Positions 62,735 through 64,000 of a stretch of DNA of 64,000 nucleotides are shown in pieces. This stretch comes from Acaryochloridaceae cyanobacterium VAR_48_metabat_390. GTDB lineage: Bacteria > Cyanobacteriota > Cyanobacteriia > Thermosynechococcales > Thermosynechococcaceae. The position numbers were made by a program, and so were the translations under genes. The notes under the pieces are model-generated. The model did no database searches, was not told the origin of the DNA, and was given only the letters and a program-made list of their open reading frames with translations. Position 1 is the first letter of the stretch, and the number at the start of each line of letters is the position of its first letter. The stretch is taken from positions 1 to 64,000 of the forward strand of contig JANPLU010000020.1 in assembly GCA_031422435.1 (NCBI GenBank), read 5' to 3'.

Positions 62735-63733
62735 CTAAAGGTCTTTCAAATGTAGCCTTGGGTTATAGCTGCGACTTGCCGCTATTTTTTCATAACACTC
62801 ACGCTCAAGAGTGCTGAGATCCTTCGGCGGCACAATCTGAATTTTGAGGATCTGATCGCCATGACCGCCCTTAGAAAGTGGCCAACCTTTACCGCGTAGC
62901 CGCAGCGACTGACCCGACTTAACCCCTGCCGGAATATTGACCTGTACGATCCCCGTGGGCGTGGGCACATCTATTTTGGTTCCCAGCACGGCTTCATCGG
63001 GTGCGATAGGCAACTCACATACAAGCTGATCGCCCTCAAACTTAAAGAAAGTATGGGGCTGTAGCTTCACATTTAAATAGAGATCGCCACGGGTTTGAGT
63101 CATCGGGTTAAGCTGCCCCTTCCCTCGTAGCCGAATGCGGCTTCCCGCCTTTGCCCCTGCCGGAATTCGCACGGTCAGATTTTCTTGAGTGCTCAGCAAT
63201 AAACGCTTTTCAGTTCCCTTCAGGGCTTCAGCAAACGTGAGCGTAATTTCTGCTTCTGCATCGGCAGAGACATTTCTTGGGGGGAACCCGCCGCCAAACC
63301 CACCAAAGTTTTCAAACCCAAATCCGCCGCCGCCGCCACCAGGCATACCCGTGGTAGTGCGGTAGGATCTGGAGCCGCCGCCACCTCCTGCACCGCCGCT
63401 AAACCGTCCTAGCAGCTCATTAATAAATTCATCAAAGTTACCGTACTGTCCAAAATCTGTATCAAAGCCGCCCGCGCCGCCTGGGAATCCACCGTCCATT
63501 TGCCGCCAGTATTGACCAAACTGATCGTATTTTTTGCGCTTATCGAGATCTGAGAGGACTTCGTAGGCTTCGTTAATTTCCTTAAACTTTGCTTCTGCAA
63601 CCGTGTCATTGGGATGCAGGTCAGGGTGATACTGACGGGCTAGCTTGCGAAATGCTTTTTTAATATCAGACTCACTGGCCGACTTACCTACCCCAAGAAT
63701 TTGGTAATAGTCCTTAAAATCTGTTGCTGGCAT
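62735..63733 (-). CDS. DnaJ-class co-chaperone (J domain, G/F region, C-terminal domain, no zinc finger; CbpA-like)
   Basis: DYYQILGV...YHPD...[21 protein letters not shown]. Confidence 0.93.
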   Translation of the reverse strand: MPATDFKDYYQILGVGKSASESDIKKAFRKLARQYHPDLHPNDTVAEAKFKEINEAYEVLSDLDKRKKYDQFGQYWRQMDGGFPGGAGGFDTDFGQYGNFDEFINELLGRFSGGAGGGGGSRSYRTTTGMPGGGGGGFGFENFGGFGGGFPPRNVSADAEAEITLTFAEALKGTEKRLLLSTQENLTVRIPAGAKAGSRIRLRGKGQLNPMTQTRGDLYLNVKLQPHTFFKFEGDQLVCELPIAPDEAVLGTKIDVPTPTGIVQVNIPAGVKSGQSLRLRGKGWPLSKGGHGDQILKIQIVPPKDLSTLERECYEKIAASRSYNPRLHLKDL

Positions 63734-63832
63734 GGGTCGAATCTCCCTTGAAAGAAGTCGTTAGAACGGCAGTGAAAATAAGCATATGCGGGGTCGGAGT
63801 CTAGCGCTTTATTTAAGATAGCCCATAGAGAA

Positions 63833-63867
63833 AGCTCTGCACTTCTTATCACGGAAGGTGCAGAGCT
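63833..63867. terminator. Hairpin downstream of the small heat-shock gene
   Basis: AGCTCTGCAC ... GTGCAGAGCT 10-bp perfect stem. Confidence 0.55.
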
Positions 63868-63909
63868 ACGTTGTTCATTGACCGTAAGGAAATATCAATG
63901 GGCTGAAGA

Positions 63910-64000
63910 TTAGTTCAGCTCAACCTTAAAGGTCTTTTGCTTGTCACCTTCTGCTTTAGGCAAGGTTAGGGTTAAGATGCCGTCCTTATATTCAGCCTGG
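63910..64000 (-). CDS. hspA: Hsp20/alpha-crystallin small heat-shock protein, 3' end only
   Basis: Hand translation QAEYKDGILTLTLPKAEGDKQKTFKVELN*. Confidence 0.85.
   Translation of the reverse strand, partial: QAEYKDGILTLTLPKAEGDKQKTFKVELN

Overview
A 64-kb piece of a cyanobacterial chromosome (dense HIP1 GCGATCGC octamers; psbO, chlG, sigA, smc, pgm, hisB, tgt, rpmF). Most of it is housekeeping genes. Four accessory stretches stand out. (1) An AT-rich 1-6.8 kb region has IS remnants, several MITE-like elements and a set of secreted proteins: DsbA, a small four-cysteine protein and a trypsin-like protease. (2) A two-gene unit at 23.6-25.7 kb encodes an HPr-kinase-like kinase of the type seen in lasso-peptide clusters and a phosphoribosyltransferase fused to a PqqD/RRE domain, with no precursor or cyclase visible. 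This is the best candidate for an undescribed system, a possible new peptide-modification module. (3) A phosphorelay operon at 40.4-44.4 kb has a cyanobacteriochrome-like sensor and an RcaC-like regulator that has lost its receiver domain. (4) An island next to tRNA-Leu (46.7-50.9 kb) carries a PIN toxin-antitoxin pair, DUF29 genes and an EcsC/TerB-like/WD40 gene with an in-frame amber codon. No CRISPR array or rRNA was seen. All family calls come from recognising motifs by eye, not from database searches.
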